DNA of 61,565 bases, the filler included, from Choristocarpus tenellus KU-1152 (Eukaryota > Protista > Phaeophyceae): assembly GCA_964200185.2 (NCBI GenBank). It is 13 parts of 13 records of this genome, joined end to end, with 100 filler letters (N's around TTAATTAATTAA, not from the genome) between each part and the next. Parts side by side here need not be neighbours in the genome. Positions count along the whole stretch, not along the records: positions 1 to 6,282 come from CAXNAD020008486.1; positions 6,383 to 9,337 come from CAXNAD020023386.1; positions 9,438 to 14,054 come from CAXNAD020013777.1; 10 more parts are not named here. One strand, given 5' to 3'. This document shows, piece by piece, positions 1 to 12,740 of the stretch. The notes beneath the pieces are model-generated. The model had not been told where the DNA came from and did no database searches. It was given only the letters and a program-made list of their open reading frames with translations. The position numbers and the translations under genes were made by a program. The number at the start of each line of letters is the position of its first letter. Position 1 is the stretch's first letter.

Positions 1-233
1 AAGCGCCCTTCCCCCGCGCCGGGCCCCCAAAACCCCCCCCGTTTGGCCCCCCCCCCCCCCCCCCCCCAGATGCTTCGAATCACAAACATCTCCCCATGCA
101 CTTCACAAAAAATAGAGCCAGTGCTCATACACTCTCCTCAATACCTACAGCATGACTTCAAGGAGTGACCGGGAAGGTATTGCAGCTTTTGGGTCATGAC
201 CAGAACAAACAATATCTTAACCATGGACCTCAC

Positions 234-3200
234 CAGCAGAGTCCTTGTCTGTGGCAAGGTAGAACAGAGCTCTTATGCAGGTCTCCAGGCGAACTTCCAT
301 GAAGTTCTCAGCCTTGAAACATGCGTAATTATGCACCGTCAGGTATATTAAAGAGGGTGAGGGTTAGACAGGACATCTAGATTACATCATTGAAGATCCA
401 AGATTTACAATACTCGGTGACTCCATTTGCTGTATAGAGTGAGAAGGGAATATGATCATCCTAAGGATGATATAAATTGCACCAACGTTTAGTTTAAATA
501 TGTTGGTCTTATTCGTGTATGGCACTGGAAGCATCAATGATGCCCAAATGTCTACTCAGCATTCAGAAGGTGAATACCTGTGCTAAATTGAACTCGAATT
601 TTTACAATTCCACTGAGCACGGAGGAGGTAGGACGTTTGCCTTAGGACATTCCACCCCTTATCACCACTGTGCAGGACCTATTTGAAGACAAAAGTTGTG
701 AAGAGGTATGCTATGTCAATATTTCGTTTCCAACTTCATGCATGCACCCCCATCCCACTGTTCTTTTATTTCACACCTTTGAATAGTCTTCGGTGATGCT
801 GACAAGAGCCCTTGCCACACCAACCCCTGACAAAGCTTTTCTAGAGTCTGCATGCCATGCTAGGGCACTCAGTGTCCGGGCGCATGCCCAACGTGCGTCG
901 GGGTTTGGTGATCGAGACAAATAAACAATAGTGGGAAGAGCAGTCCTGAAGACTTCCTCCCGGCAGAGATCATTGCCAGACACAAGGAAGAATGTTTCTG
1001 CTGTGGATGCCTGTTGGTTGGGCAGGGGAGGTACAATAGCAAGGAGAACGTCACAACAAAAATTCAAAACCACACCTTTGGATCTCTGGGTGTCCAAGGT
1101 ACGTGAAAATGGAAAGAAATATTATTGTACTTCAATTTCTTTTCATCCAAGAATTGAAGGCCGGGGAAGTGATAAAACTCATGTGATCTTACCTGACCTT
1201 TTGAAGAAGAAATAACATAAGGGCGGAGGGGGACTTAATATAATGTTACATTTCAAAAACTGTTGTTGTCGAGGAAGAATGAGACGCCTAGACCTAAAAA
1301 TATCTAAATTATACCACACTATTCTTGCATAAACTTGTACTGTACTGGCCCTAGCACTACAAAACAATACTGACTCTGAGGAATCCCAGTGTACTCCAAA
1401 GTAACCATGTACACAATTCCTCTTTGTACAGATTACGAATTCAATTTTGCAATTCCCTTTCCATTCCCCCTTCTCTGATAGAGCTGTGGAATACGTGATG
1501 AAAGGGAATCCACAAAACGGAACTGCAAACACTATGTCACCTCCATCTCAGAAACCCCCAACTTTGCAAGCTGACAAAGGCATGCCACTGCCCCAGCCTC
1601 CACTGCTGCCAGCTGAGAGTCTGCACAGCTTACCAGATTGCAGACTGCCTTCGAGTTGTTGAGAAGCAAAGGATAGATTTGGGGATTATGCTGTCAGAGT
1701 GAATTCATGACTACCAGCTTCATCCTTAGCTCGCAGGATGCTGCCAAAAATATTCTTCCTATGTTGACCCCACCCTACCTCAACCTAAGACGTAGAGGTT
1801 AGCAGCGACCACAATCTGCAAAGAAGGTAAAGCTTCATAGCTTGCACAAAATTATGCTTCGGCTCAAAGTATCTGGGAGGGGTGGTGACTGTCCACTTGG
1901 GTTCAAGTTTTTTATGTTGCGATTTTTGGGTGAATTGGTTGCATACGTCGGATGGATAATGTTAATGCACTTTTTCTGATTTTGACCAAAATGGACACCC
2001 TGGTGTAGCCCCCCCCCCCCCCTGGATACTTTGGGTCTTCTTCTTGTTCTTGGTGGGGAAATGAGGACAAAATAGAGATACCTAGCAAACAAAAAAAATT
2101 GCGTAGAGTATTTTGCATAGTCTGATATAGTGACCCTTTAAAACTTGCAAAAAATTAAGAATACTGTATACAGTTGGAGTATCAAGATTGGAAATGACTC
2201 ATTTCAAGTCAGACACAAGTGTAATGTGACAAGGCAAAATTGGGAGTATTGTTATTGTTGTGGGAACATAGAAGAAATCATTTTTCCAGACATACGGTTT
2301 TGATGAATTATGCTCGTATTTTCATCAGCTTGTTCCATCTGGACAACATTTAAGGCATTTGTGTCTTACCTTTCCACAAATCACTTTTGTACCCTGATCC
2401 GAAGATCGCAGGAGGTCAAACAGGGCCACTAACGCAGATTTACGCTCTACGAACTTTGCCCTGCCTCCTGGATCAGCTGAGAGAACTGCCAGGACAGTGG
2501 TGCATGCACGCATACTATCCTCGTTGTCCAATTTGCTCAAACTAGTTGCTGCTGACATTAGACCCTCCTGCAAATAAGGCCAGGATCAATTGTCTCATGG
2601 TTGATTCACAACTAGGCCTCCATCCTAGCAAGATTCTCTCCTTGATGCACTTGAAGTCTACGTACTCTGCTACTGTGATGAGACAGTCACTGACAGGGCA
2701 CAAGTTTACGGGGTTTCTTTGATTTGTTCTTTGCTTGACAAAAGTATTGCTTGACAAAATTATTGTTGGGCAAACTTTTTGTCATTGCGACAGGATCTGT
2801 GATAGTCTCAACATGGACTCAAATGGTGCCAAATACCAACAGTTCTCACACCTCTAGAAGCCGCTGGAGGGTGTCCTCCGTCAACAGGTTCAGCAGAGCC
2901 TTGGCACATATTTGTTTTGTCTCCAGGTTCACACTCCGAACCTTTTCAGCAAATTACAGACCATTGGGAGACCTGGTCGGCTTAAATGTGCCAAACGCCA
3001 CCAATACATATTAATATTTTCTTTCCTCCCCAAACCTTATTTGTATAGAGAGCTTCTCCAAGATACTTCCCAAGTATACAGTTGTGAGAATTCTCAAATG
3101 CTCAGAGTACAACCAACTTCCTCACCATTGCAATCATCATGAGTGCGGATACCCCTCCCCCATCAACAAGTGCTGCCTCACTGCCATGATGGCATGCTAG

Positions 3201-6150
3201 GTTGCACAGGGCCCGGGCAGAGTAGAGTTGGGTCTCCTCCTTATAACTATTGCTTAACTCTGTCAGGACCTGCACCACTCCAGCATTCACCTGATCGAAT
3301 ATGTCACGAGGGGCGATTAGGTGTGAAATTGACAGGGGGTAGGTAGGGTCTATGACTAATGAGTTGACCAAGCGGCGGGGTACACATTATCGCCTGAATA
3401 ATGCCAGCAATAGGTGTTTGGAACTAAATCGATGATAGTGTTTGGAACCTAACATTAATCGGCTCGGGAAACGTTCCCTAAGACCAGCAGTGCTGGGAGA
3501 AGGCACAATGCAGCTGCAATGCTCAACTGTATAATATCAATATTCTGGAAACAATGTGATGACACATCCAATTAGCGTATAAAGTTGATTATCCTCCCAT
3601 CCAATGGCCAATATTAAGGAATGATGTTAAGGCACATTCAAGAAAAAGCAAAATCTTCAGTTGGAGAATTGAAGATGTCATGAGATCAGTCAATACTTAG
3701 ATTGTGGTGGAACAAGCTCTGGGAGACCCACAGCTAGCTCACCATCTCCCCCTGGATTGTATACTCGCAGCTGAGGTTAGCAAATGCAATGACACAGCGG
3801 AGTTTTGTGGCCTCATCATCCATTGATGCAAGCTGGATAAGGGCTGGAAGGGCACCACAGTTACACAGCTGTTCACGACTCTCCTCCTTGTTATAATACA
3901 GAAAGGAGCATGCACAGTTAGGATAACCATATTCAGTATACATCATGGAAAGGTGCATCCGGAACAGGGATATTGGCACTTCTTCCTAACAAACACAATA
4001 GTCAAAATTACATCAAAATCGCAACATGGGATTTTAGCCCCCAACGGACGTGGCTATACCCTCTAAGATACTCTGCCTCAATAATTATCAACAGTTTTAG
4101 GGTAGTGATCATCAGCATATGTTTCTGCCTGTAGCTGTATGGCGAGTGAGTCATGAGCTGACCCATAGAGAAAAAGTGTTGTGATTCATGCAAATCTTTG
4201 GTTGAAAGACGACCCACCCTCTTCAAGACTGCTTCTACAACATATGAAAGTAGGAAAAAAACCTATGGGTACCATCGAAAATAAGTCTATTAAGCTTCAC
4301 TGGACAGCACATTGAAGTGCATATCCATAGTTGTTGCAGTGCACAAATCCCTCATGGGTACCATGCCTGCACCTTGCTTGAAAGCGTGGATAGAACTGCA
4401 CAGCATGACTGTTTGGTCAGTATGTCTCCCTCCTTTGCCCCTGCAAGCATGTGAGGGACTGCCCCCTCGTTAATGATGAGCACGCAATTGCTCACATCCT
4501 GTGCTACAAGGCAAAGGGCTGCGCAGCAGTACTGCCCAGGAAGGCAAAGGTTTCCATAGCAAAGTAACAGTATGTTTGGTCAAAGAGGAAAGAGGAGAAG
4601 TTCGGATGGAGTATTAAAGATAAGTAAAAAGCAAATGCAACTGCCTTTGTTTGCTGTTGGGTGTTTGAGGAAAAACTACTAGTATAAGGAAAGTCTCAGC
4701 AGAGCTGACTTCCAGTCCTAACCTTGTTACAGAATACCTTCATTATATGAATGCTGTAGTCTCTTAGATTATTTGTTGTTATATACCAATAGTCAGAGAG
4801 GACAGGTCTTAAGTGGAATCCAATTTTTTTCCTTCAACATCAGCACCGCATGATGAACATTTTTTTCACTCTCTTTTTGTCATGCACTAGAGGAAGGTTG
4901 AGATTTCGCACACCTTGACACACTGAATATCCCCAGTCTTGAGAAGGTCGATGATGCTTGGAATTACTCCCTCCTGGTATATAACGAACATGAAACCATT
5001 AGCGTTTTGAAAATAAGTAGGGGCCTTGCGGAGAGAGGTATGATTTAGTCAACCAGTAGGAATCACAATCATATATATATATATATATATATATTATATT
5101 TTGTCAAACAAACGAATGGCTGTACTAAAAAAATGAACTAGAAATGTTCAATTATGAAATGTTCAATTATGAAATGTTCAATTATGAAATGTTCAATTAT
5201 GAAATGTTCAATTATGAAATGTTCAATTATGAAATGTTCAATTATGTCAGTTGAATTGTTCCGCGCAAGTTGCTGAGTGTCATGAAGGTCTACAAGGCAA
5301 AATGCTCCAAAGCCTTGACAGGTCTCAGCAGGAAGATCTGCTGAAGCCATGAATATGTAGTGAATTAGTTTTGGGTAGTGTCACCTTGGGATAAAGGTGT
5401 GGTTCTGAGACATCTGACACATTCAGTCACATTTCTGCTTGTATTGTTATAAGAAAAATAAACTGAACAACTGAAGAGGAAAAGTCCAAGTACTCGGTTT
5501 TTCCAGTATTTTAACTGAAGTCAATTTAACTAAAATGGTTCCACAACACTAATATACTGCAGATGGATGAAAGGACCGTGTTCTCTGGGTTATTCACTTA
5601 TCCCAAGCTATGCTCTGAGAAAAATGCATAATGCATATTGCTATTACTCCGTGACGAACAATTTTTGAGAGATCAAACAGATTAAAAAATCCTTTTCACC
5701 TCCACCATACGGGTGATGTTTGAAGGAATGCATGCCAGGTTGCACAGTGTGGCTGCACAGCAGCGCTGGGATGCCACCTGTACTCCTTCTCCTCGGCAGA
5801 GAGATATTATCGCTGGAACAGCACCAGCTTGAACAACATGTTCCTGGAGACCAAGCAACACTAACCAAGATAAGGAGCTCAAAACTTCAATATCAGGCCT
5901 AAGAGAGCAATAGCATGGCTCAAGCTCAATATCTGAGCCATTTTAAAGGGTTGATCTCTAGCGGTGAATGTGAAAAATGAGTGTAATAACCCTAGCCCTC
6001 ACCTGTACAGCCGCCCCACAGCTGAAGTTAAAGAGGACCAAGATGCAAGCCTCCCTAATGCTATGGTTATGGTTGGTGGTAAGGTCAAGGACACATGACA
6101 GTCCACCCTGCTGAAGGATAGGACCATGGTTTTCCTCCCGTTTGAGGATG
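234..6150 (-). CDS. Armadillo (ARM)-repeat protein, Vac8-like repeats, partial at both ends. 11 exons: 6150-6003, 5843-5700, 4973-4914, 4531-4373, 3886-3743, 3290-3126, 2941-2852, 2567-2370, 1648-1541, 1010-777, 312-234
   Basis: All introns are GT-AG and exon phases join into one open frame. Repeated ARM-like motifs: GAVPAIISLC..CCAATLCNLA, GVIPSIIDLL..YCCAALCLVA, GALPALIQLA..CVIAFANLS, GVVQVLTELS..SARALCNLA. Confidence 0.88.
1861..2037 (+). mobile_element. MITE family A, complete copy in an ARM-gene intron
   Basis: Termini GGCTCAAAGTATCT...GGATACTTTGGGTC with a TTC/TTC 3-bp TSD. Homologous to 60717-60895, 33853-33908, 52482-52586, 52687-52754 and 58431-58545. Confidence 0.9.
3950..4079 (+). 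mobile_element. MITE family B, 3' half, intronic
   Basis: Matches the distal half of 14710-14967 and ends in TACCCTCTAAGATACTCTGCCTC. Confidence 0.75.
5141..5245. repeat. Perfect 15-bp minisatellite (GAAATGTTCAATTAT)x7, intronic
   Basis: Seven exact tandem copies counted in the sequence. Confidence 0.95.
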
Positions 6151-6282
6151 CTGCAATAGGAGTGGCACAGAAGGTGTGGAGAAGTAGAGATTGCTAAGGA
6201 AATTTGAACTTAGGGATAGTTGCGATTGGAATTTTGAGGTAGTGTCAAACAATGAATCAGGTGCTGACCCAAAGTATCTGGG

Positions 6283-6382
6283 NNNNNNNNNNNNNNNNNN
6301 NNNNNNNNNNNNNNNNNNNNNNNNNNTTAATTAATTAANNNNNNNNNNNNNNNNNNNNNNNNNNNNNNNNNNNNNNNNNNNN
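6283..6382. other. Artificial contig spacer N44-TTAATTAATTAA-N44. Identical spacers at 9338-9437, 14055-14154, 22231-22330, 26675-26774, 29516-29615, 33909-34008, 39789-39888, 49497-49596, 52587-52686, 55315-55414, 58546-58645
   Basis: Exactly 100 nt each time. The 12-mer places stop codons in all six frames. Confidence 0.97.
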
Positions 6383-6391
6383 CCTCTCCCC

Positions 6392-6442
6392 CTATCCCCC
6401 ACCGCTCCCTTCCACTCTGCCCCCCGCCGGGCGCCCTCCTGG

Positions 6443-6473
<31 letters not shown>

Positions 6474-9183
6474 GGATCACGTCGGAACGCTGACGGCTCC
6501 ACTGCCAACTGAGAACCAACTCCATTTGGGGAAAGGTGCGGTCTTTGACCTGTGAGCGGTGTGGCTATGGCTTCTGCCTGTTGTAGGCCTGACTCCGGCC
6601 ACTTCACATTGGGGGTATTGTCTGCACGCTCTGTCCCATTGAATTGGCTGCCAAGGCTGACATGAGCAACCGAGGACAGCTCGTCCTTGTTCCTGGCGAG
6701 CTCGTGCTCGTTCTCCAGCTTTCCCAAGGCCTCTAAGTTTTGTAAGAAAGCATGAACAACGGTGACAGGAGGCTATCAGAGGGGGTGGAGGAGAGTAATA
6801 GGGACAACAGTTTGTGCCATAGGGCGGAGTGACTCAAGTTTTTCTTAGATTACCATCATGTTATGCATTAGTTACCTACATGAACAGTGCACCCATGAGT
6901 AACTTCGAGTCTAACCAATCGGAGACTCTCTCGTCTCCCTCCCCCCCCCCCCCCCCCTTCTCTCCCTGTCCTAGAACTACAAGGACAATGTAAAAAAGCT
7001 CTTTCAAATTAGCTACAACCTCCAACCCAGGTCAGACCTCATATTGGAGACGGAGAAATGTACAATGCCACAAGCCAATTTCCATTATGCATTCCAAGAC
7101 CCTCGAACTAAAGGAGCCAAGAAACTTGGATTCTACTACAATTGAGAGCGCTCAATCCGCCCCAAACAAAACGACAACCTATTCCAAACCATCACAAAAC
7201 TCTACCCACAGCAACAGCGAACCATCCTGTCCCAATAGCAGTGATTGGGACGCATACACATCACATGTCCCACACAATTTTCATTCAAGAGCAACACAAA
7301 CAAAAAGCACAACATCACAATAGCAAGACAGACCCTGCCGCTTACCTTTTAGAAGCACCGCTGACAGAATGGCCTTTGGGTTAAGTGTACTGTTGTTCCT
7401 TGACATCATTCTCCTGCCCAATAAGACCCAACAAAAAGGAAAAAATAAAAAATCTACAGTAAGCAGAAAAATTAAATCGGGTCTCTCTCTATGACCTCCT
7501 ACGTAGTACAGTGTGTAGTCAAAAGAATAATAAAAGAAAATGATGTACGCCTGTCTAAGTACACCACCCGTTTCACCAAGTGGGCGGGGTCATTTCACAC
7601 TGTGGCACAAAGAGGCTTCAACTTCAGAAAATGTGAAAAGAAGTAAAACAGACTGTGGGTTAAAAAAAAAATCTTGGTAGCAACTTTTCAAGACCGTGAC
7701 GATAGCATTTAGAACCTTCTTGATCTATAACCCTAACCCTTTCGCTAAAAAATAAAAATCAGACTTATATGTCGGGAAAAAAAAAAAAATGCTCTCCCAC
7801 CTGCTCCTCTTCTTGTCGCCTGACACATACTCCTCAAAAATTACGAGCACATCTTCATGGGCCATGTCGAAGGGCGTCTGACCAAAGCTGCAATAGCGTT
7901 ACACACACACACGCAAGATCACAGTGAGGTAGCTCGCCTCCCAAAGGTGCGTCAGAAATGTTTTGTTTTTTTTTAAGTTTAGGATTAAGGGTTAGTTTGT
8001 AGATTAACCTATGGCACAATATACCGCAGTGACAACCCTTTTGTATCAAGGAAGTCCAACAGGAGGTGTTTTGAGGAATTAAGGGTTATGGCAGTGGATT
8101 TGAACAGTGCAGCGTTAGGGTGTGCTTTTGACATTGTATTTCTAACGAAACAAGGTGAGACCACATCGAGCACGTTCATGCCTACTGATCAAGCCCCTTT
8201 ATGGGCCACACTACTACCTAAATGTGGTCCTCTCCAAAAAGGCCATTTTGGGTTGATCTTTCATAAATCCCTATCTGGAAGTAGTTGTGCAGTGTACGCA
8301 GGCATATGGGGGGGACTTCCTTCCACCCTGACAATGTCCATATCGAACCGTTGTCCTTAAAACTGCTTCGTGGTCAGCGGGTTAGGGTTAGGGTTAGATG
8401 TGCTGCCACAGACTGCTGGATTGTCCTGTGCCCGAGGGGGATCATTTCACAAACGCCTCAACCTCTTCTGGCTAACCCTTCTCTTCCACATCAAACATAG
8501 GTTGGGATTCAAAACACCAGCATCCTTTTGGGAACCATAGTTCTTTCGAAACCTTTATATCCTCTTAGCACTAGTATCAAAAACACCTTGGCAATTCAGT
8601 CTGAGTCCCCTATGATCATGGATCCCCCCAATGCTGCCTTCGAACAATTCTGCAATCACTCCTCTCTGCTCCCCCAGCATCAGATTCTTTCCTTTGGGAA
8701 TCCCAAATATATCTTCATCAGTGAATGTAACACCATATGACTGGAAGGTCTCTCACCACAGATTCAAATCTGGGTCTGGGTACACCCCTTTACTTTTTGA
8801 AAGAATCATTTTACACTGCATACCCTTGTTCCCTTCCAACACATATATCAACTTAACACATATGTCAACTTAAAACAACACATAAACATCACCTTATCGC
8901 ACATATATCAACTTGGTAATCAAATCGACCAGTCAGGTTGCGCTTTTCATAATGGCGAAATGCAAATCAGAAAAATTAGGCATACAAAATGAGCTATGAT
9001 GATGTGAAAAACATTACCAAAAATAACTAAAAAAAAATGGACAGAATAAAACATTATCAATATACCCACTCCACTATGTTGGGCAACACAGAAAATAACC
9101 CCACCCCTTTTCCCACAAAAACAACCATTAGATCGCACCTGTCAGTAATCTCATCGTGGTCTGCACCTGCATCTAACAGCACC
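6392..9183 (-). CDS. Ankyrin-repeat-containing protein, partial. Exons 9183-9139, 7887-7801, 7413-7346, 6732-(poly-C tract/gap)
   Basis: GT-AG splicing with matching phases gives VLLDAGADHDEITDSFGQTPFDMAHEDVLVIFEE (ankyrin C-terminal motif), then RMMSRN..VLLKEALGKLENEHE. The 3' end is unreliable because of the homopolymer next to the gap. Confidence 0.75.
8080..8720 (-). pseudogene. Decayed DD39D (plant-type) mariner transposase, internally deleted, in an ankyrin-gene intron
   Basis: The minus strand reads KNLMLGEQRGVIAELFEGSIGG..SAKRI*RFRKNY (N-terminal HTH-like) and later GMNVLD (like the SPDxNVLD catalytic-end motif). Many stops. Confidence 0.4.
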
Positions 9184-10571
9184 CTGCATACCTCTGTAAT
9201 GAACAGCATTCATCAATACCAATCCAGGCAACATAGGGATCAACATAGTGAGACAATAAACAGAAAACGACACAAAAATCAAGGGGGAGGGGGGGAAGGG
9301 GATGAAGTTATGGCTAACTTTAGGGTTTAAGGCTCAANNNNNNNNNNNNNNNNNNNNNNNNNNNNNNNNNNNNNNNNNNNNTTAATTAATTAANNNNNNN
9401 NNNNNNNNNNNNNNNNNNNNNNNNNNNNNNNNNNNNNCTATCAAAAACGCACGCGGGCCCCCCCCCCCCCCCAGATACTTTGACCCTTATGGCGTGCCCT
9501 TCATCCCTGGTCACCCCCCAACACAGATTGGGGTCAGAGTACCACTGTTGTGGGGCCTGGTTCTGTGTAATGGATGATGGGAACCACCAGAGATGAGGTT
9601 CAAAAAGGAAGTGAGCGATGAGACCGAGGCATGCTGTGCAGCCTCAGAGTGGCTTGTGGATCAATTTCCACTGTGATTGGTTGTGACCAGTCAGAACAAA
9701 AAACGCAATGTCAGAGTTTCCACGTTTCAATCCACCATTCATGTCTGCAAGCTGGTCGTGTGTCTGACCCACACCACATCACCTGGGCTGATCTCAAAAA
9801 GGGAATCTGTCCTCCTGATATTACCCCCCCTTCTAAACTAAAACGTTGTTGAAGCCCTAGTACAATCTTGAATAACATAAAGTCTGTACTTCGTAAATGT
9901 CAACCTGTCCCTTGATTAACGTTTGACGTTGAAAACATGTAGGAGTATATTATTCTGTATATTTATTATTATACCCCCTCACATTTTGTACATGTGCCAA
10001 GAGAAAAACTAATGAAAAATATTAACATGTGATGAGAAAAATCCTTAATTATAGTTTTGGCAATCACCTCTAGAATGATACCAGTCTTGATTTTTTTTGT
10101 AAGGTTGGTCAACAAGTTAAACAAAGATCAGCATATCGAATGAAAGCTCTTAATATATCCTATCGATGATAGAAAGGAATGGGCATAATAATAAAAATAA
10201 ATAGAAAGGAATTCTTTGGGAGAATTATATTGCTATAGTTTTGGCAGTCGCCTCCTGCATCAACTTTGTCGTGTCATAACTTTTGATTAACAACAAATGT
10301 TTTCATGAAAATTAGTTTGCTATAATTGCATAATCATGCTTAACCTTATTCGATGGGTCTCGGTTGGTCAACTTGCTGTAATCGTGAGAAATACAGGACC
10401 ATACTTAAATCAAGCAGTCCGCGCGCACGGCGTGCGCGAACGGGTTTTAAGGACAGAATTGACGCCAGAAGAGGCCATCTTCACCCGGAGAACATGCACT
10501 TTGTTTTCTCTCCATTCTCTTGTCATTATTTCCCGTTTAGGTGATGTTGTCGCCTGCTGACTAAGGCTCAC

Positions 10572-10990
10572 TCATGGGGTCGGGCCTCTGAACCAGACAA
10601 TCCATGCCAAGTCAAATGAGGTATTCTGAAAGATGCAGGGTCTCCTGTGAGACTTAAATGTCTTGTACACCTTGTTCAATTTGGTGCACTCCATTCCTTT
10701 CTCGTGGAAATATATGAGGTGGTAAGCAATACTCATCCTGAAGAACCTCTCCACAATTCCTCTGGACAGTCCACCTTCCTCCTTAAGACTGACAGGAATG
10801 TTGGCTCTCATTCCAGGCAACGTGTAGTCACAGTAGCCTCGTACATATTGCTTCGCCCGCCCCCAGACCATCTCTATCGGGTTCAATTCAAAGTGTCGTG
10901 TGAGGGGCAGGCGACAACTCGGAGCTCATTGTGCGTCACAGTGTCCTGTGAGTGGTGGCTTGAACAGTATTATGCCGAGGTTCGCTCACA
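10572..10990 (-). pseudogene. IS630/Tc1-like DDE transposase, C-terminal fragment
   Basis: HFELNPIEMVWGRAKQYVRGYCDY...RFFR...YKTFKSHRR matches the (H)xELNPIExxW..K..R and Y(K)SHRR motifs of IS630-Tc1 transposases. Confidence 0.75.
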
Positions 10991-10992
10991 TA

Positions 10993-11345
10993 CCGTTTTG
11001 GCGGTGACCAACTTGATTTTCTTTCAAATGTTGGCCGACGAGTTAATCGAGGATCAGCATAACAAATGAAACCTTTGGATCTAAGCTATTACTGATTCCA
11101 AGGAATTCTTTTGGAAAAAAATGTTTGGTCGTGATAATTCATTCCGGAATATTTCCAAGGTCGTGCCGAAACCAGTCAGCTAAACTTTAACCTTACCAAA
11201 AAAATATTCCGAAAAAATTCCTTTGCACCAGTAATAGCTTAGATTCAGATCTTTCATTTGTTATGCTCATCGTTGTATAACTCGTTGGCCAACCCTTTAA
11301 AAAAAATCAAGACTGTTCTCATCCTAGAGGCGACTGCCAACACTG
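10993..11345. mobile_element. Tc1/mariner-type MITE with long inverted repeats
   Basis: Imperfect inverted arms of more than 100 bp (about 11012-11125 vs 11205-11311), TA on both flanks, right terminus reads CAGTGTTGGCAGTCGCC. Related ends occur near 10050 and 10234. Confidence 0.7.
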
Positions 11346-12119
11346 TAAAAGTTCTCACAAATGCGAAAAACATTCATTAATAGAGTAATAGTGTTTGCGA
11401 AAAATGACATACGTTATGGTATTTTGTCTAACGGTGATAAGAAAACCCACTACGAAAATCAGATTGTGCAAAATGAAATTCACTATCAAAAAGAAAAAAT
11501 GCAAAAAACAAGAAACGCCACCCGAAGGTGACCAGCAAATTCAAACCATCTTCGATAACAGGGTTAGTTAGCGCCCCATGACGAAAGTGCAGTCTGCCGT
11601 TGCCCGTGCTAGCTTCCATCTATTTCGATCTTTCCAGGGACATTCCTCAGTGGATTGAGCGATGGAGGTAGGTCTCTGTCCGAATGGTGTCAATTCTATC
11701 GCTCGCCCTGTCTGTGGGCAAAGCAAGTGGGGATCTCAGCACAGGCTGGGGAACGGACGTGACTGGTCGAACGGGTTTTGATGCATTGCTTTTTGGAATA
11801 AACGAGGTCTGCATTTTGCAGGAACCGAGACAGGCTGTTTGTTTACGGCAGCACCGACAGTGGGTGAGGGGTTCTGGGTTAAAACAGCTTGAAGCATCGG
11901 TGCAAGGGTTGCCAGTACACTGTTGACAACCTTTTGGTGTGGCAGCGAAGTTTGGCTTGATATCTCATCGTGCATGGACGTCCTGTTCTGGCGAGGTATT
12001 CCTAGTTCCTGCCTAATGATTGGGGTTTTGGCTGAGGCAGCGAAAGGGTGTGACATGCTAGCAAACGTAACACTCGCTTCTCCTATGGTACCCAAACCTT
12101 ATGAGTCTTTTCCTTATAC

Positions 12120-12740
12120 AATGCAGGTTTGTAGTATTTTGATTGCTTAAAACAAATGCGAATTGGTCACTTCGATTGGATACTTCCTCTATGGGATCAT
12201 CAAACCTTTGAGTGTTGCCCCGAGGTTCTCACTGAGCCGATAATCATTTCCACTATTTTATTATTATACCCTCTGACATTTTGCAGATGTGTCAGGGGGA
12301 AAAAAAATGAAATCTATACATATTTCACACAAAATACCATAACGTATGTCATTTTTCGCAATCTATTTGCTATTTTACTACGATCTATGTTGTACCACTA
12401 CCTTCCTGTGTCTCTAATTCATCTATTATTCCTCTACATTGGTAACTGGTTGTATTCTGCATATTGATACTACCACTCTTGTGACAAAACCTCGTACAAA
12501 TATTTGTCTTACCACTCCCCCATCTACCAAAATTGCGAACATATATTCGTACATATGTTACAGCATGCCCATCACAACCCATCTCCACAGGATGTACAAC
12601 TCAAATCCAACAACATTAAAATGACGCTATGGGGGTGTTGCCCTTGATAACAGTTTGTAGGGTGTCAGGTGTCCTTCTCTTCTTCATATTCCGCACTCAG
12701 TGCTTAGCTCAAAGCTCGACTCAAAGTGTCGTTCAAGATA
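12120..12740 (-). repeat. Dispersed, apparently coding-derived repeat; second copy at about 48180-48560
   Basis: Two colinear blocks (12120-12240 and 12585-12740) align by eye with 48180-48300 and 48412-48560. Both give similar minus-strand peptides (LxATLKGLMI..EExSNRSDxxAFVL). Confidence 0.6.

Noticed and set aside
5138-5350. ORF with IIEHF repeats
   Set aside because: It is the translation of an intronic 15-bp minisatellite.
6327-6338. TTAATTAATTAA repeated 12 times as a biological motif
   Set aside because: It is always centred in N44 runs, so it is an assembly linker with six-frame stops.
6443-6473. Poly-G/C tracts as G-quadruplex elements or poly-Gly coding sequence
   Set aside because: They sit next to contig ends, where homopolymer length and neighbouring bases are unreliable.
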